A stretch of 64,000 bases of DNA from positions 119,454-183,453 of the forward strand of contig NIVC01000593.1 in the NCBI GenBank assembly GCA_002269645.1. The letters are read 5' to 3'. Positions within the stretch are counted from its first letter, which is position 1; each line of letters opens with the position of its first letter. The position numbers and the translations under genes are program-made. The notes beneath the pieces are model-generated. The model searched no databases and had not been told where the DNA came from. It saw only the letters and a program-made list of their open reading frames with translations. Source of the DNA: Macrostomum lignano. Taxonomy: Eukaryota. Below, piece after piece: positions 41,301-53,276 of this stretch.

Positions 41301-44300
41301 GGGAGATAAGAGAGGATAAGGAGGCCAGAAAGGGAGATAAAAGAGGATAAGGAGGCCAGAAAGGGAGATAAGAGAGGATAAGGAGGCCAGAAAGGGAGAT
41401 AAAAGAGGATAAGGAGGCCAGAAAGGGAGATAAGAGAGGATAAGGAGGCCAGAAAGGGAGATAAGAGAGGATAAGGAGGCCAGAAAGGGAGATAAGAGAG
41501 GATAAGGAGGCCAGAAAGGGAGATAAGAGAGGATAAGGAGGCCAGAAAGGGAGATAAGAGAAAACGAGAAATCCTTTATGAGACGAGAAGCCATTATGAC
41601 CTGGAAGTCGAGCCCGGGCCATAATGGCACAAAATGAAGAGTTAGGCTACAAACTAATACTATTATTATTAACATGCAAAACATGAGCAGACCTGAGTCC
41701 GGCCTTTCTGAGCGGCCTCGTGAAGCGGACTGTAGCCCCATTTATCAACGGCATTCACGTCGGCTCCGTGTCGAACCAGCAGCGCGGCAATGTCAACGTG
41801 GCCATAGGAGCTGGCATTGTGCAAGGGTATTAGTCCGCCTCGGTCCTGCGCGTTCACCTCGGCACCCTGGGCTAGCAGGTATTCGGCCACTTCGTAATTA
41901 TTATAGCCAGCGGCCAGGTGTAACGGGGTAGAGTTCCTGCCGGCAGTGTCCCGGCAAGAGATGTTCTCTGGTGAGACCAGGCGCTGCACCTTGGCCAAGT
42001 TGCCTTTCTTAGCGGACTCTAGCAGGGCCTGGTCACCCCGAAGCAGGTCGTAGATGTCCGACTCGGTGTCCTTGACCAGGTCGATCGGGGCGCAGCCGTC
42101 GCGATTCTTTTTAGCCGGATCGGCGCCGTGTCGGAGTAGCAATTTGCAGATCTCGAATTTGCCTTTAGCCGCGGCCTCGTGTAGGGGAGTGAATTTCCAC
42201 AGATCCGTCACGTTGACGCTGGCCCCGCTGTGCAGTAGCAGCTCGGCCACCTTGGCGTGACCGTAGCTGCAGGCGTTGTGCAGTGGCACCAGGCCGCCTT
42301 TGTCCTTGGCGTGCACGTCGGCTCCCTGCTGCAGTAGGAATTCAACAACCGACAGTCGGTTGTAGCCGGCGGCAAAGTGCAGCGGTGTCGAATGTCGGCC
42401 GTCCAGATCGCGACAGTTCACAGCCTCGGGATGGGCGCGGACTAGGCGGGTGACCAGGTCCAAATCGCCCGATTTGGCTGCCTCTAGTAGTTGCAAGTCG
42501 ACTTGGTTGCGAGTTTCCGGCACCGGCGGAGCTGGCGGCGTCGGTGGCGACGTCGGAGGGACGGGCGGCGAAATGGGCAACGAGGCAGAAGCGGACGACG
42601 AGGAAGAAGGCTGCTGCTGCTGTACAGTAGTGGTGGGCACCGCGGCCAGAGAGGGCGGACTGGCGGCGGCAGCAGCCGTAGCCGCGGCCGCGGCAACAAT
42701 GGGCGCAGCAGTCGGCCTGCACGCCTCCTGAGCTAGCAGAGCGGCCAGGGCGGGCTCGGCTGCCACGGAGTCGGCGCTGTGACCGTCCAGCGAGTGTACA
42801 GTGGGATCGGCGCCGTAGGCTAACAGCAGACGGCAGGCGGCGGTGTGGCCGGCCCCAGCGGCTGCGTGCAGAGGGGTGTGGCCGGACCGGTCGGGAGAGT
42901 TGGGCTTGGCGCCGAGTTTCAACAGCAATTCCAGCACGTCCATGTGGCCACGGCTGGCGGCCACGTGCAGCGGCGTCTGCAGTTGGCGATTCTTGTCGCC
43001 AAGCTGGCAGCCTTTGCGCAGTAGGCTCTCGCCGATCTGCCGACGCTTACCGCCGGCCGGGGTGGCGCAGGCGGCGCAGGCGTGCAGCAGGGAATCGCCG
43101 CTGACCGGATGCCGGTAGTTGAGCAGGTCCGGCGTGATCAGCTTCTTTACCTGAGTGATGGAGAGGTTTTGTGCAATGCAAGACTGGGCCTCTTTAACGA
43201 CGAATTGGGCACCTTCTCAAATTTCAATACCCGGTTGGCGCTCCAATACCAAATCTTGGCGCTCCAATACCAAATCTTGGCGCTCCAATACCAAATCTTG
43301 GCGCTCCAATACCAAATCTTGGCGCTCCAATACCAAATCTTGGCGCTCCAATACCAAATCTTGACGGCCCAATACCAAATCTTGGCGCCTCAATACCAAA
43401 TCTTGGCGCTTCAATACCAAATCTTCGCGCCTCAATACCAAATCTTGGCGCTCCAATACCAAATCTTGGCGCTCCAATACCAAATCTTGACGCTCCAATA
43501 ACTAATTTTGGCGCTCCAATAACTAATCTTGGCGCCTCAATAGCAAATCTTGGCGCTCCAATAACTAATCTTGGCGCCTCAATAGCAAATCTTGGCGCCT
43601 CAATCACTAATCTTGGCGCCTAAATCACTCACTAATCTTGGCGCCTCAATCACTAATCTTGGCGCCTCAATAACTAATCTTAAGGCCTCAATAAGTAATC
43701 TTGGCGCCTCAATCACTAATCTTGGCGCCTAAATCACTCACTAATCTTGGCGCCTAAATCACTCACTAATCTTGGCGCCTCAATCACTAATCTTGGCGCC
43801 TCAATAACTAATCTTGGCGCCTCAATCACTAATATTGGCGCCTAAATCACTCACTAATCTTGGCGCCTCAATCACTAATCAATACCAGCGCATCAATACC
43901 AAATCCTGGTTCTTAAATACCCATCATGAGGCATTCAATAACAATGCCGTTTCCGTTTCAATCAAAACAAAAATCTTGGCACATTGACAAGCTGCAGTTC
44001 CAATTGTAAAGTTCCCGAGCTTGTAAAACGGTGCCTATTAGATACCAATAAAAGAACTCACCGAAGCAGAGTCGGCGCCGAGCACAGCATTGTACAAACA
44101 GCAGCCTTTATAGTCTCTCATCAGCCTGTCGCGCAGGTCCGGAGTCGGCGCCAGATCGGCCGGCGTCTTGCCGTGACAATTGGCGTGAAACGGATCGGCC
44201 GAGTGGGCCAGCAGCAGGGCACAGACTTCGGCCCGGCCTTTGCTAGCCGCCTCGTGTAGCGGAGTGAACTGCCACAGGTCAACTGCGTGCACGCTGGCCC

Positions 44301-47300
44301 CGGCCTGCAGCAGCAGCTCGGCAACTTCGTAGTGACCGTAGCTGCAGGCGTTGTGCAACGGCACCAGGCCGCCTTTGTCCTTGGCGTGCACGTCGGCGCC
44401 GTGCTGCAGTAGGAGGCGAATTATCTTGGTCCGATTGTAGCCGGCGGCCAGGTGCAACGGCGACGATTTACGGCCGTCGCCGGCGTGACAATTCACGTTG
44501 ATTGGGGTCAGGTAGAGTCGCATAATCTCTTCGTTGCCGCTGCGCGAGGCTTCGAGGATTTCCTCTTTGCGGTAGTCGCCTGTGAAGGCAAAATGTTATG
44601 AGGATTGTTAACAGTGGGGATTAATAAAGATAATGTGCTGTGCTGAAGACAACAGCCTTCAGTTGTTGCTAGCATTTAAACTTTTAGACTTTTGACGAGG
44701 GTTTTCAGTCAATTGTGATTGCATCTCCGCGTTCCTTCTCGTGTTTGCATGTAACATCATGTCATATGTCAATTTTATGTTACGGTATTAATTTTAATAT
44801 ATCGAAAGATAAATTGTGGATCGTCATTTTGAGCGTTTTTGAGTAGCATTTAAGTTACCGCAGCGATTTACATTGAAAATTCTAAATAATCTTGACTCCC
44901 AATTCATTGGTCCCTGGATCCAAACCAAGGATTTCCGATCATTTCCAAGGCACTAAGATTCAGGCATTGAAAAATCGTTCTATTGTACAAAAATTAAGAA
45001 TGTATCAAGACTACATGGACGTCGTAATCCTGCGATTGTCAAGTTTCCAAGTGTCAAGAAGAGAGGAATCAAGGTGAGTAGCTTCACTAATTAATGATTC
45101 GTGCTTGAGTTTAATCGGTATCATAAGCGACAAAGAAATTCAGGCGTATTACTAAGGAAATTCTCGTGTACTAATGTAGTACAAAATCTTTAGTATCGAA
45201 AAAATTTCTATCGTCACAAATCTAATACTTTGCTCTTGACGTTCTGCAAAGTACAAGGAAAAATCTTTAAAATCGTTGATAAGAGTACAAAAAGATTTGC
45301 GTTAAGTCTAATTTGACCAGAGTAAGAGTTACAAATCCAATTCGTTCCACCCAATAGTGCAACAAGCACTCCGCTGTCTGTCTGTCTGTCTGCCTGACGG
45401 CCCTAATGTAGAACTTCTCCAGCTTCTGTCCAACCAACAGCCAGACAAATTTGGAGAAGTAAAAAATAGAGGAAACCTCAAGACTCGAGACGGCGCTGTC
45501 TGGTGGCTGGGGAATGCCAATAAAATGGCATTTGCATTTCATTTTGACCGGACTGGATAGCTGAGCCAAAGAGATCTCTACATAGATACTTGGAGCAATA
45601 ACAAAAATATGTTTTCTATATTGTTGGAATTATTCGTTGGCGGATTCTTAAGCTTTGTCCAAGGACGTCTTGGAGGACGTCCAAGATTAAGACGTCCTTC
45701 GTTTTGTCTTATTCATCGGATTGTTCTTTTAGAAAAAATATTTGATGCATGAGCTGGTATTACAACTTTATAGGAATGTCTTTTTGAAGCATTTGTTAAA
45801 AATTTTGTATAGAGTTTCAAGTCGACAGTGTTAAAGATGTAAGACGAGCGATTTTTTAGAAAGCAGTTTTTAATCCAGACTGTAGATTTCAATCTCCTTA
45901 GCCTGACAGACCGGTCTGGGCAACTTGACCGCCTTTTCCTCTCCTAGTCAATCAACACTGCCTTGTTGTATGTCGGCGCAGCAAAATGAAAGGAGCAAGA
46001 CTGGAGCGAACGAAGCAAATAGAGGGATGAGGCAGTTGGGCCTGCCTCTTCCCAGAGGGATCAGAAAATTGCATTTCATCTCTTGCTCAATCAGGAATAT
46101 AAAATCGAAGTCTGCAATTGTCTGTCTAAATGGTGTGCTCATCGTAGTCTGGAGATAACTTTCAGTTGATGATAAATCCTAGAACAGCGCAGAACAGCCA
46201 ATCAGCGACTGGAACGATTTCTCTTACATCAAATCCGATCATGACAAGCCTCGCATATTGATGATAGGCGCAGACTATGTATACGTGTGTATACATATGC
46301 ATGTATATGCAAAGAAAAAGCTAAAGCAATCTATAGACGCCTGTGTAAATTATCCAGCAGTGTGGGCGGCCTCGCGTGCGAGACGCGGGCCTTAACCCCC
46401 CCCCCCCCCGACCGATTCAAGTTGGGCCAGCATGGATAAGAGGGCAAGAAGGGGGATTTGCATCAACCCACCGAGTGGAGAAAAGAGTGCGCCACTTGTG
46501 CTTGCCAGCTAGCTCAGGAGCTGCTGGGCACGGAGAGAGACCGGGGAGTGCGGGAGAGGCAAAGATCGAGAGAAAGAGAGTTCATAGAGGCAAAGATGGG
46601 ATCCTTCGGTAAGACGAGGGCGAAGCCTCACTGAGGCATCCGTGGGCCCAGTGTGTGGGATTAGGGACCGGGATTATTCTAGCGCAGAACACCAAGAATG
46701 CGAGCACAAACTTCGCCAAAAAACACACTCGCGCAGACACACGCCGATCGGGCATCCGCCAATCCTCTTAGCGCCACCAATCTCACTTCAGCCACCCTGC
46801 TCCACTACTGTGGACTCAAAAAATCAGCCTTTCCAGCCTTCACAAGCTCCCCTTCAACATCATTCAAGAATAAAGAAAAATGAATGCACGCCCTCGTCTT
46901 AAGGCGGCAAGGGGAAGAGAGAGAAGACGCAGAGGAAGAGGAAAAGGAAAGAAAAATGGTCCACCCAGTGTCGATTGGATTGATGACGCTCTGGATGCTG
47001 GAATTGGGAATTGAGAATATGTGGACAGCAACCGAGAGTGGAGGCTGGCAGAGGCAACGGCGGCGACGGAAGGGCAGAGAAGAGAATGACGGAGGGTGGG
47101 GAAGGAGGGACAGTGAGTGGAGCATTGGCACTATTGGATTTGCCCAAGCGACCCATTCTCAAGCCGCCCCTACCCCGCCATCCAAGGCCTGCTTGAGCAG
47201 CCTCTTACCAATGGGTTCTCCCCTCACTTGCGCGCTCCAAGGGACCAGGGACAGGGAAGGGGGTCGAGAAATGGGGGATAAGGAAGCAGGGAGAGTGTGG

Positions 47301-48974
47301 GGAAACCAGAGCGAGGGATAGGGGGTGGGGTGAGAACAGGGGCAGGAGATGGAGATGCGGATAAAATAGACCAGGATCTCCGTCTTGCTTTGCTTTTCTT
47401 GGCTAGCTGAGATCTTCCCCCTAAAAAATTATCGAAATTTCTTCGGACTAAGATTAGCAGCAACAGCAATATGGGCCAACAAATGAGCGGCGAAGCCTAT
47501 TGCCGGGCCACCATAGAGAAGCTATTAGCCGAACTGAACACCACGGACAGTCGGGTCAGCGAGAGCAAAGTAATAAACTCAGACAGCGGCAACACGGCGG
47601 CGGTGTCGGTAGAATTCACCTGGCGCGAATGGGCCAGAGTTAGCAAATATCTGGAACGCGTGCTGCCAAGCGCGGAGCAGAAGCGCTTATTAAACTATGT
47701 GCTATTAGATCGGACGGGACTGCGGCACTGTCGGGAAGAGGCAGCCGCGGCGCCAGCGGAATACAACTATTCTGAGACCGAGACCCAGAGCCCAGTTGAG
47801 AACGGGCACGCGGGCAACAGCGCCAAGCCCGGCTGGACGGTGCACGTCAACTATGGCGACGTTGGCAGCAAGAATCCCATTCTATATCGGGACTTTGTTA
47901 AACTGCACTTCCAACTAGACGACGTAAAATTGCAGACGGACGCAGGCGAAGCCGAGGCCGAGGCCGCGGCGAATCGGCTGGCCGATTCTGTCAAGCGACG
48001 TTGCGGCGGCATCGGCATCAACCTGCTGGTGACCAAGGCAAAGCACCACGCCAGCGAGTGTTGCGTCGTAGTCAGTGGCACAGTCGACGTTCGATCCGTG
48101 CTGCGCAACGCGCAACAATTCGAGCTGCGTAGCTGGCTAAATCAGGCCAAAGCCGAGGATCAGGAGCTGTCCGATCAGCTGATGCGATCGGCGGCCGGGC
48201 TGCGCGATAAAATCGACGGAGCTGCGTCGGCCGCAGCGGCGGCAGCGGCAGCATCGGTTTCGACACCGCCGGCAGCGGCTGAAACTGACAACCCGACGCC
48301 GCCGGCGCCACGGTCGTCCAGAGCTGCAACTGCCGCAACAGCGGCTGCAGCGGCGGCGACGGCGGCTAAACAGGTGGACAGCAACAACCGGTACTTCCCG
48401 ATGCGGCTGAGCTACTCCGAGGACACTAACCGGGTGACGCTGGTGTACGCGCAGGAGGCGGCCACGCTAGTGCAGGCCCGGGCCGGGCGTTGAATTGACG
48501 CACAAAAAAAACAGATTCTATCCAAGTTATGCGGATTTTTATCAATACGAGCTAATGATTTTTCAATGCTAATCACTATACATACAGGTATTATTATTTG
48601 TGTGACGCGAAAGACAATTACTCTGCCTATCTGTCGTGAAATAGTATCCGTTTTACTGTTATCTTTGTTTTAAAACGCTAATCTTCGCATTCTAATAGAA
48701 CTGGAGCAGCTCCTTTAAAAAGCAATTAAAATTTAGAAACATCCGGATATCAGCTCAGTGAAATGACTTTCTGAACTACAAGCGTATGCTATTATACCGC
48801 TGACATTGTTTGACACTGCTAAAGTACTCAAATAAGAGCCACCACTTGGTTTGCATATATTTGTCCTAGTGTTTTAGTGTCTTGTGTCTGTCTGCCTGCC
48901 TGTCTGTCTGTCTGTATGTCTGTCTGCCTGCCTGCCTGTCTATGTGTCTGTCTGTCTTTCTGTCTGTCTGTCTT

Positions 48975-49037
<63 letters not shown>

Positions 49038-51695
49038 GCCTGCCTGCCTGCCTGCCTGTCTGTCTGTCTGTCTATGTGTCTGTCTGTCTGTCTATGTGCC
49101 TGTCTGTCTTTCTGTCTGTCTGTCTGTCTGTCTTTATGTGTCTGTCTGTCTGTCTGTCTGTCTTGTGTCTGTCTGCCTGCCTGTCTGTCTGTCTGTCTTG
49201 TGTCTGTCTGCCTGCCTGTCTGCCTGCCTGTCTGTCTGTCTTGTGTCTGTCTGCCTGCCTGTCTGCCTGTCTGTCTGTCTGTCTTCCTGCCTGTCTGTCT
49301 TGTGTCTGTCTGCCTGCCTGCCTGCCTGCCTGCGATATGCATCAGATATCAGATCTATCAAGATGCATAGCTTCCTACTGGCCTAATTGATTCCATGATA
49401 ACTAAGACAGTCCAAGTTTAGAACATGTCTTCTGAGTATCGTGTGACACAAAGCCGGACATGATTACCGGACTACGACAGGAAGTGACTACTGTATAGCC
49501 AGCCATTTCTGCTCCCTTCAACACAGGAAGTATGGCCACTCCGTTATCTATACAAATAATAGTGATGCATTACTAAGACAAATTAGACGAGAAAGTATGT
49601 TTAAAATAAGTGGAAGATTACACACTAGCTACTAATTTGATCAGTAGTAAAAATGCGAAATAAAAACGGAAATTAAACATTTTAAAAAAATAAGAAATCT
49701 CCAGAATGACTTGAAATTGGTTTAAAATAAGTGCCTGATGAGATGCTAGGATGCATGGCTCAAAAGAGAATGTGTTGTCGGTGCTTCACTGTTTCAAGGC
49801 CAACTATTTTTCTTATAGAAGCATTATTTGATAGTCGCACTTTTTGCTAATTTGCTAGTTAGCGACTGTCTGCGGCGCCAAAATGAGTGCCCTGCCTGCG
49901 GCGCCAAAATGAGTGCCCTGTCTGCGGCGCCAAAATGAGTGCTCTGCCTGCGGCGCCAAAATGAGTGCCCTGCCTGCGGCGCCAAAAAGAGTGAGTGCTC
50001 TGCCTGCGGCGCCAAAATGAGTGCTCTGCCTGCGGCGCCAAAATGAGTGCCCTGCCTGCGGCGCCAAAATGAGTGAGTGCTCTGCCTGCGGCGCCAAAAT
50101 GAGTGCCCTGCCTGCGGCGCCAAAATGAGTGCCCTGTCTGCGGCGCCAAAATAAGTTCCCTGTCTGCGGCGCCAAAATGAGTGCCCTGTCTGCGGCGCCA
50201 AAATGAGTTCCCTGCCTGCGGCGCCAAAATGAGTGCGCTGTCTGCGGCGCCAAAGTGAGTGCCCTGCCTGCGGCGCCAAAATGAGTGCCTGCCTGCGGCG
50301 CCAGAGTGCCCTGTCTGCGGCGCCAAAATGAGTGCTCTGCCTGCGGCGCCAAAATGAGTGAGTGCTCTGCCTGCGGCGCCAAAATGAGTGCCCTGCCTGC
50401 GGCGCCAAAATGAGTGCCCTGTCTGCGGCGCCAAAATGAGTGCCCTGTCTGCGGCGCCAAAATGAGTTCCCTGCCTGCGGCGCCAAAAAGAGTGAGTGCT
50501 CTGCCTGCGGCGCCAAAATGAGTGCTCTGACTGCGGCGCCAAAATGAGTGCCCTGCCTGCGGCGCCAAAATGAGTGAGTGCTCTGCCTGCGGCGCCAAAA
50601 TGAGTGCCCTGTCTGCGGCGCCAAAATAAGTTCCCTGTCTGCGGCGCCAAAATGAGTGCCCTGTCTGCGGCGCCAAAATGAGTTCCCTGCCTGCGGCGCC
50701 AAACTGAGTTCCCTGCCTGCGGCGCCAAAATGAGTGCCTGCCTGCGGCGCCAAAATGAGTGCCCTGCCTGCGGCGCCAAAATGAGTTCAAATAAAACCGT
50801 TTCTCAAAACAGAATCCAGGAATTTATTCATGCAGAATTCTTGGCTCTGTCAACTGAGCACAACTAGAGCTTCACAACCCAGGCAAGGTGTCCCAACGCC
50901 TATCCAAAAATGACAAAACACCCCGCAGGTAGATTAGTCTCCTAAAAGCTTACCAGTGAGCACCTGTCTGGCCTCAACCTCGGCCAAGTCGAGCGGCGTC
51001 CGACCTTCGGCATTCCTAGCGGACGGATCCGCTTTCCGCTGCAGCAGCAGCAGGCAGGCCTCCAGTTTACCCTTGGCGGCGGCCTCGTGCAACGGCGTGT
51101 AGCCCCAGTTGTCCTTCAGATTAGGATCGGCGCCGGAGTCCAACAGCAGATTGACAACGTCGCAGTGGCCAAATGAGCAGGCATTGTGCAGCGGCACCAG
51201 GCCGCCTTCGTCGCGCGCGTTAACCGGAGCGCCGCTCTGCAGCAGGGCGGCGGCAACGTCGCGTCGACCGAAGCCGGAGGCGAAGTGCAGCGGAGTGCTG
51301 CCCTGGCCAGCTGGGTCGCGAGCCAGGGCGCTGTGACCCATCGCTAGCAGCCGCTTGACCCGAGCCAGGTCGCCAGCTCGACAGGCTTCGAACAGGTCCG
51401 GCGAGGCGGCCGACTCCAGACTGCTGGCACCAGTGGCGGCGGAGGATGGCGCGTGCTGCTGTTGTTGCTGCGGCTGCAGCAGTGGCGGCGGCGAAGGTGG
51501 CAGCGTTGGGGGCAGCGGCGACGGTGGAGTCAGCGTGATCAACTGCTCCGATGGCGGCGGAGTAGCGCCACTTGGAGTGGCGCTGCCCGACACTGTGCGC
51601 GCGCCAGTTGGCATGGCGCTGCACAGCGGAGCAGCGGAATGTTCCAATGATTGATGGCGTATTTTACCATATTTGCCGTAGGATCCCGTAGCCAT
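38357..51695 (-). CDS. TNKS: Tankyrase (ankyrin repeat clusters 1-5, SAM, PARP catalytic domain), complete
   Basis: Five exons: 50954-51695, 44062-44579, 41693-43150, 40076-40933, 38357-38854. Total 4074 nt, 1357 aa. It has the repeated [12 protein letters not shown] / [16 protein letters not shown] / [12 protein letters not shown] pattern and the SAM sequence [33 protein letters not shown]. The PARP domain has the H-Y-E triad ([26 protein letters not shown]) and the CHCC zinc motif ([12 protein letters not shown]). Confidence 0.97.
38930..40003. repeat. 23-bp minisatellite AACAATAGTTTAGGAGACATTCC (tankyrase intron 4)
   Basis: About 45 units, degenerate at the edges. Confidence 0.96.
41010..41560. 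repeat. 31-bp purine-rich minisatellite (tankyrase intron 3)
   Basis: About 18 units of GGAGATAAGAGAGGATAAGGAGGCCAGAAAG. Confidence 0.96.
43235..43885. repeat. 21-bp minisatellite AATCTTGGCGCTCCAATACCA (tankyrase intron 2)
   Basis: About 30 units, shifting along the array to AATCTTGGCGCCTCAATCACT variants. Confidence 0.95.
47471..48493 (+). CDS. Uncharacterised intronless 340-aa protein nested antisense in tankyrase intron 1
   Basis: A 1023-nt ATG-to-TGA ORF that is non-repetitive over most of its length. Its GC-rich codon style matches the real exons and contrasts with the AT-rich flanks. It begins MGQQMS (MGxxxS). I recognise no domain. Confidence 0.7.
   Translation: MGQQMSGEAYCRATIEKLLAELNTTDSRVSESKVINSDSGNTAAVSVEFTWREWARVSKYLERVLPSAEQKRLLNYVLLDRTGLRHCREEAAAAPAEYNYSETETQSPVENGHAGNSAKPGWTVHVNYGDVGSKNPILYRDFVKLHFQLDDVKLQTDAGEAEAEAAANRLADSVKRRCGGIGINLLVTKAKHHASECCVVVSGTVDVRSVLRNAQQFELRSWLNQAKAEDQELSDQLMRSAAGLRDKIDGAASAAAAAAAASVSTPPAAAETDNPTPPAPRSSRAATAATAAAAAATAAKQVDSNNRYFPMRLSYSEDTNRVTLVYAQEAATLVQARAGR
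48880..49335. repeat. (CTGT/CTGC)n microsatellite (tankyrase intron 1)
   Basis: Directly visible. Confidence 0.95.
49866..50850. repeat. 26-bp minisatellite (CTGCCTGCGGCGCCAAAATGAGTGCC) derived from the hAT MITE interior
   Basis: About 35 units of the MITE internal repeat. They are followed by ACCGTTTCTCAAAA...AGGAATTTATTCATG...AATTCTTGGCTCTGTC, which matches the sequence that follows the repeats in both MITE copies. Confidence 0.85.
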
Positions 51696-53250
51696 AGCTA
51701 CAGCTATGGCGGAACACTATATTATACTTGTTGTTAGATAAAAAATTACTTTTTTATTTACTTAAAAAAATTTAACCTTTCAAAAGTTCTACTATCATAA
51801 TACACTTCTACTGCCTACCTCTATTTTTGGCTATTTATTATAACTGATTGTTTAATTTGTTTAATAGCTACTTATAATCTTTGTACTAATTAGCATAGTG
51901 GTTATATCCAATATATATATATTGATATTATCTACCCAATTATAATAATAAATTAACTAGTCATTATTAGTCATTAAAATTAAATTAAGGATAGAATAAA
52001 AATATAGGAATAAAATAAAAAACTTCAAGCATAACTCTCTAGTAATATGCTTGAAAGCAAGGTTTTTACTAGCACTAAGAAGCAAAATTGTTGTATACAA
52101 AGTTTATTTTTAAGATGCAATTTGGTCCTTATTGCATAAAAAACCTAAAAAAAACTAACATAGGTTTTTTGCTAGTATTAGGATTCAAACTTATATCCAA
52201 GGTCTAATTGGAAAATGCAATTTTGAAAGTCAAGATGCTATTATGCTCCATACTCCCGAAGATGCTGTTTTGTGGGGAAAATTCTCGCGTGCAACAAATT
52301 CCCAGGCAGCCATGTGCGGCATGCACGGCGTGCAACCAAGAGGCAGAAATTATTTTAGCATGCGCCATGCAAATATTTTATTCACTCCGCGTTTTTGGTA
52401 ATGACAAGTTTTTTTTATTTTAAATTGAATGTCTTACAATAATAACACAATGTGCATAACGAGAGATCTTTCTGTGTATCTGCAATAAGGAAAACAATTT
52501 TTGCGTGAGGCAATACAATTTTCAGGCATTATAAAACAGTATATAATAAATACAAACTATAATATTTTGTCAAAGTGTTTTTTTTTTTCGTTTTTATTTG
52601 AAAGTGTGTCTTGCATTAATTATTCAATGCAAAGCTTACCACTTACATAGATAGATTGGTAGATCTAGATCCCTTGCTGCCACTCACCTGTCCTAGTTTA
52701 CTATGGATAGTTTCTTTTCTTTATTTGAATTTTAAATCTCTCATTAAAAATTAAATCTAAAAGATCTAAAATTTAAATTAAAAAATTTAAAGTCATTTAG
52801 CTCGGCGTGCATGGGGTGTATATGTGATTTGACCTCCCGTGTGCGGCGTGCAAGGGCAAAAATTATTTTTGCATGCATTAAGCATACTCGGGACTATGGA
52901 TTATGCTATACTCCTATAGATAGACTAGTATCTCTATTGCACAAAAAATATTATATTTTATTCAAGCAAAACCTAAAGTTATACCAGTCTCATTTTGGGT
53001 TTATACTATATAGTATATTATTGGCATAGCTATAAATATATACTTACTTTGTACACAAAGTTTGTTTGCCTTAGCCTTATATATTGCATATAGTCACATT
53101 ATATTTACCAAATATATAGACTGCAAGCCTCATTTATCAGTTTGGTTGCCAATTATTTATTTCTAAAGAATGTGGTGCTCTAGTGCATGTGATGGGTAGG
53201 TCATACTATTCATAAATAATAGTCCGAAAGTCGATAAGAGTGGAGCAGGC

Positions 53251-53276
53251 GTCGCCGCGGGGGCCGCGTCACTAGT
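53251..53276 (+). mobile_element. Probable Helitron 3' terminus
   Basis: A GC hairpin CGCGG-GGG-CCGCG is followed by TCA-CTAG-T, within an otherwise AT-rich tract. The 5' end was not identified. Confidence 0.4.

Noticed and set aside
40989-41741. Hydrophobic 209/250-aa ORFs resembling membrane proteins
   Set aside because: 31-bp repeat in tankyrase intron 3.
43235-43885. 21-bp array as a fourth derivative of the hAT MITE
   Set aside because: It shares only a GCGCCAA core and unit length; the flanks show no MITE similarity.
48866-49390. Cys/Leu-rich and QTDR-repeat ORFs
   Set aside because: (CTGT)n microsatellite.
49824-50790. Three ORFs of about 310 aa (WRRRQ/APQ repeats)
   Set aside because: Translations of the MITE-derived 26-bp array.
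52235-52900. Degenerate inverted/direct repeats suggesting an old MITE
   Set aside because: Matches are short and imperfect with no TSD, too weak to call.
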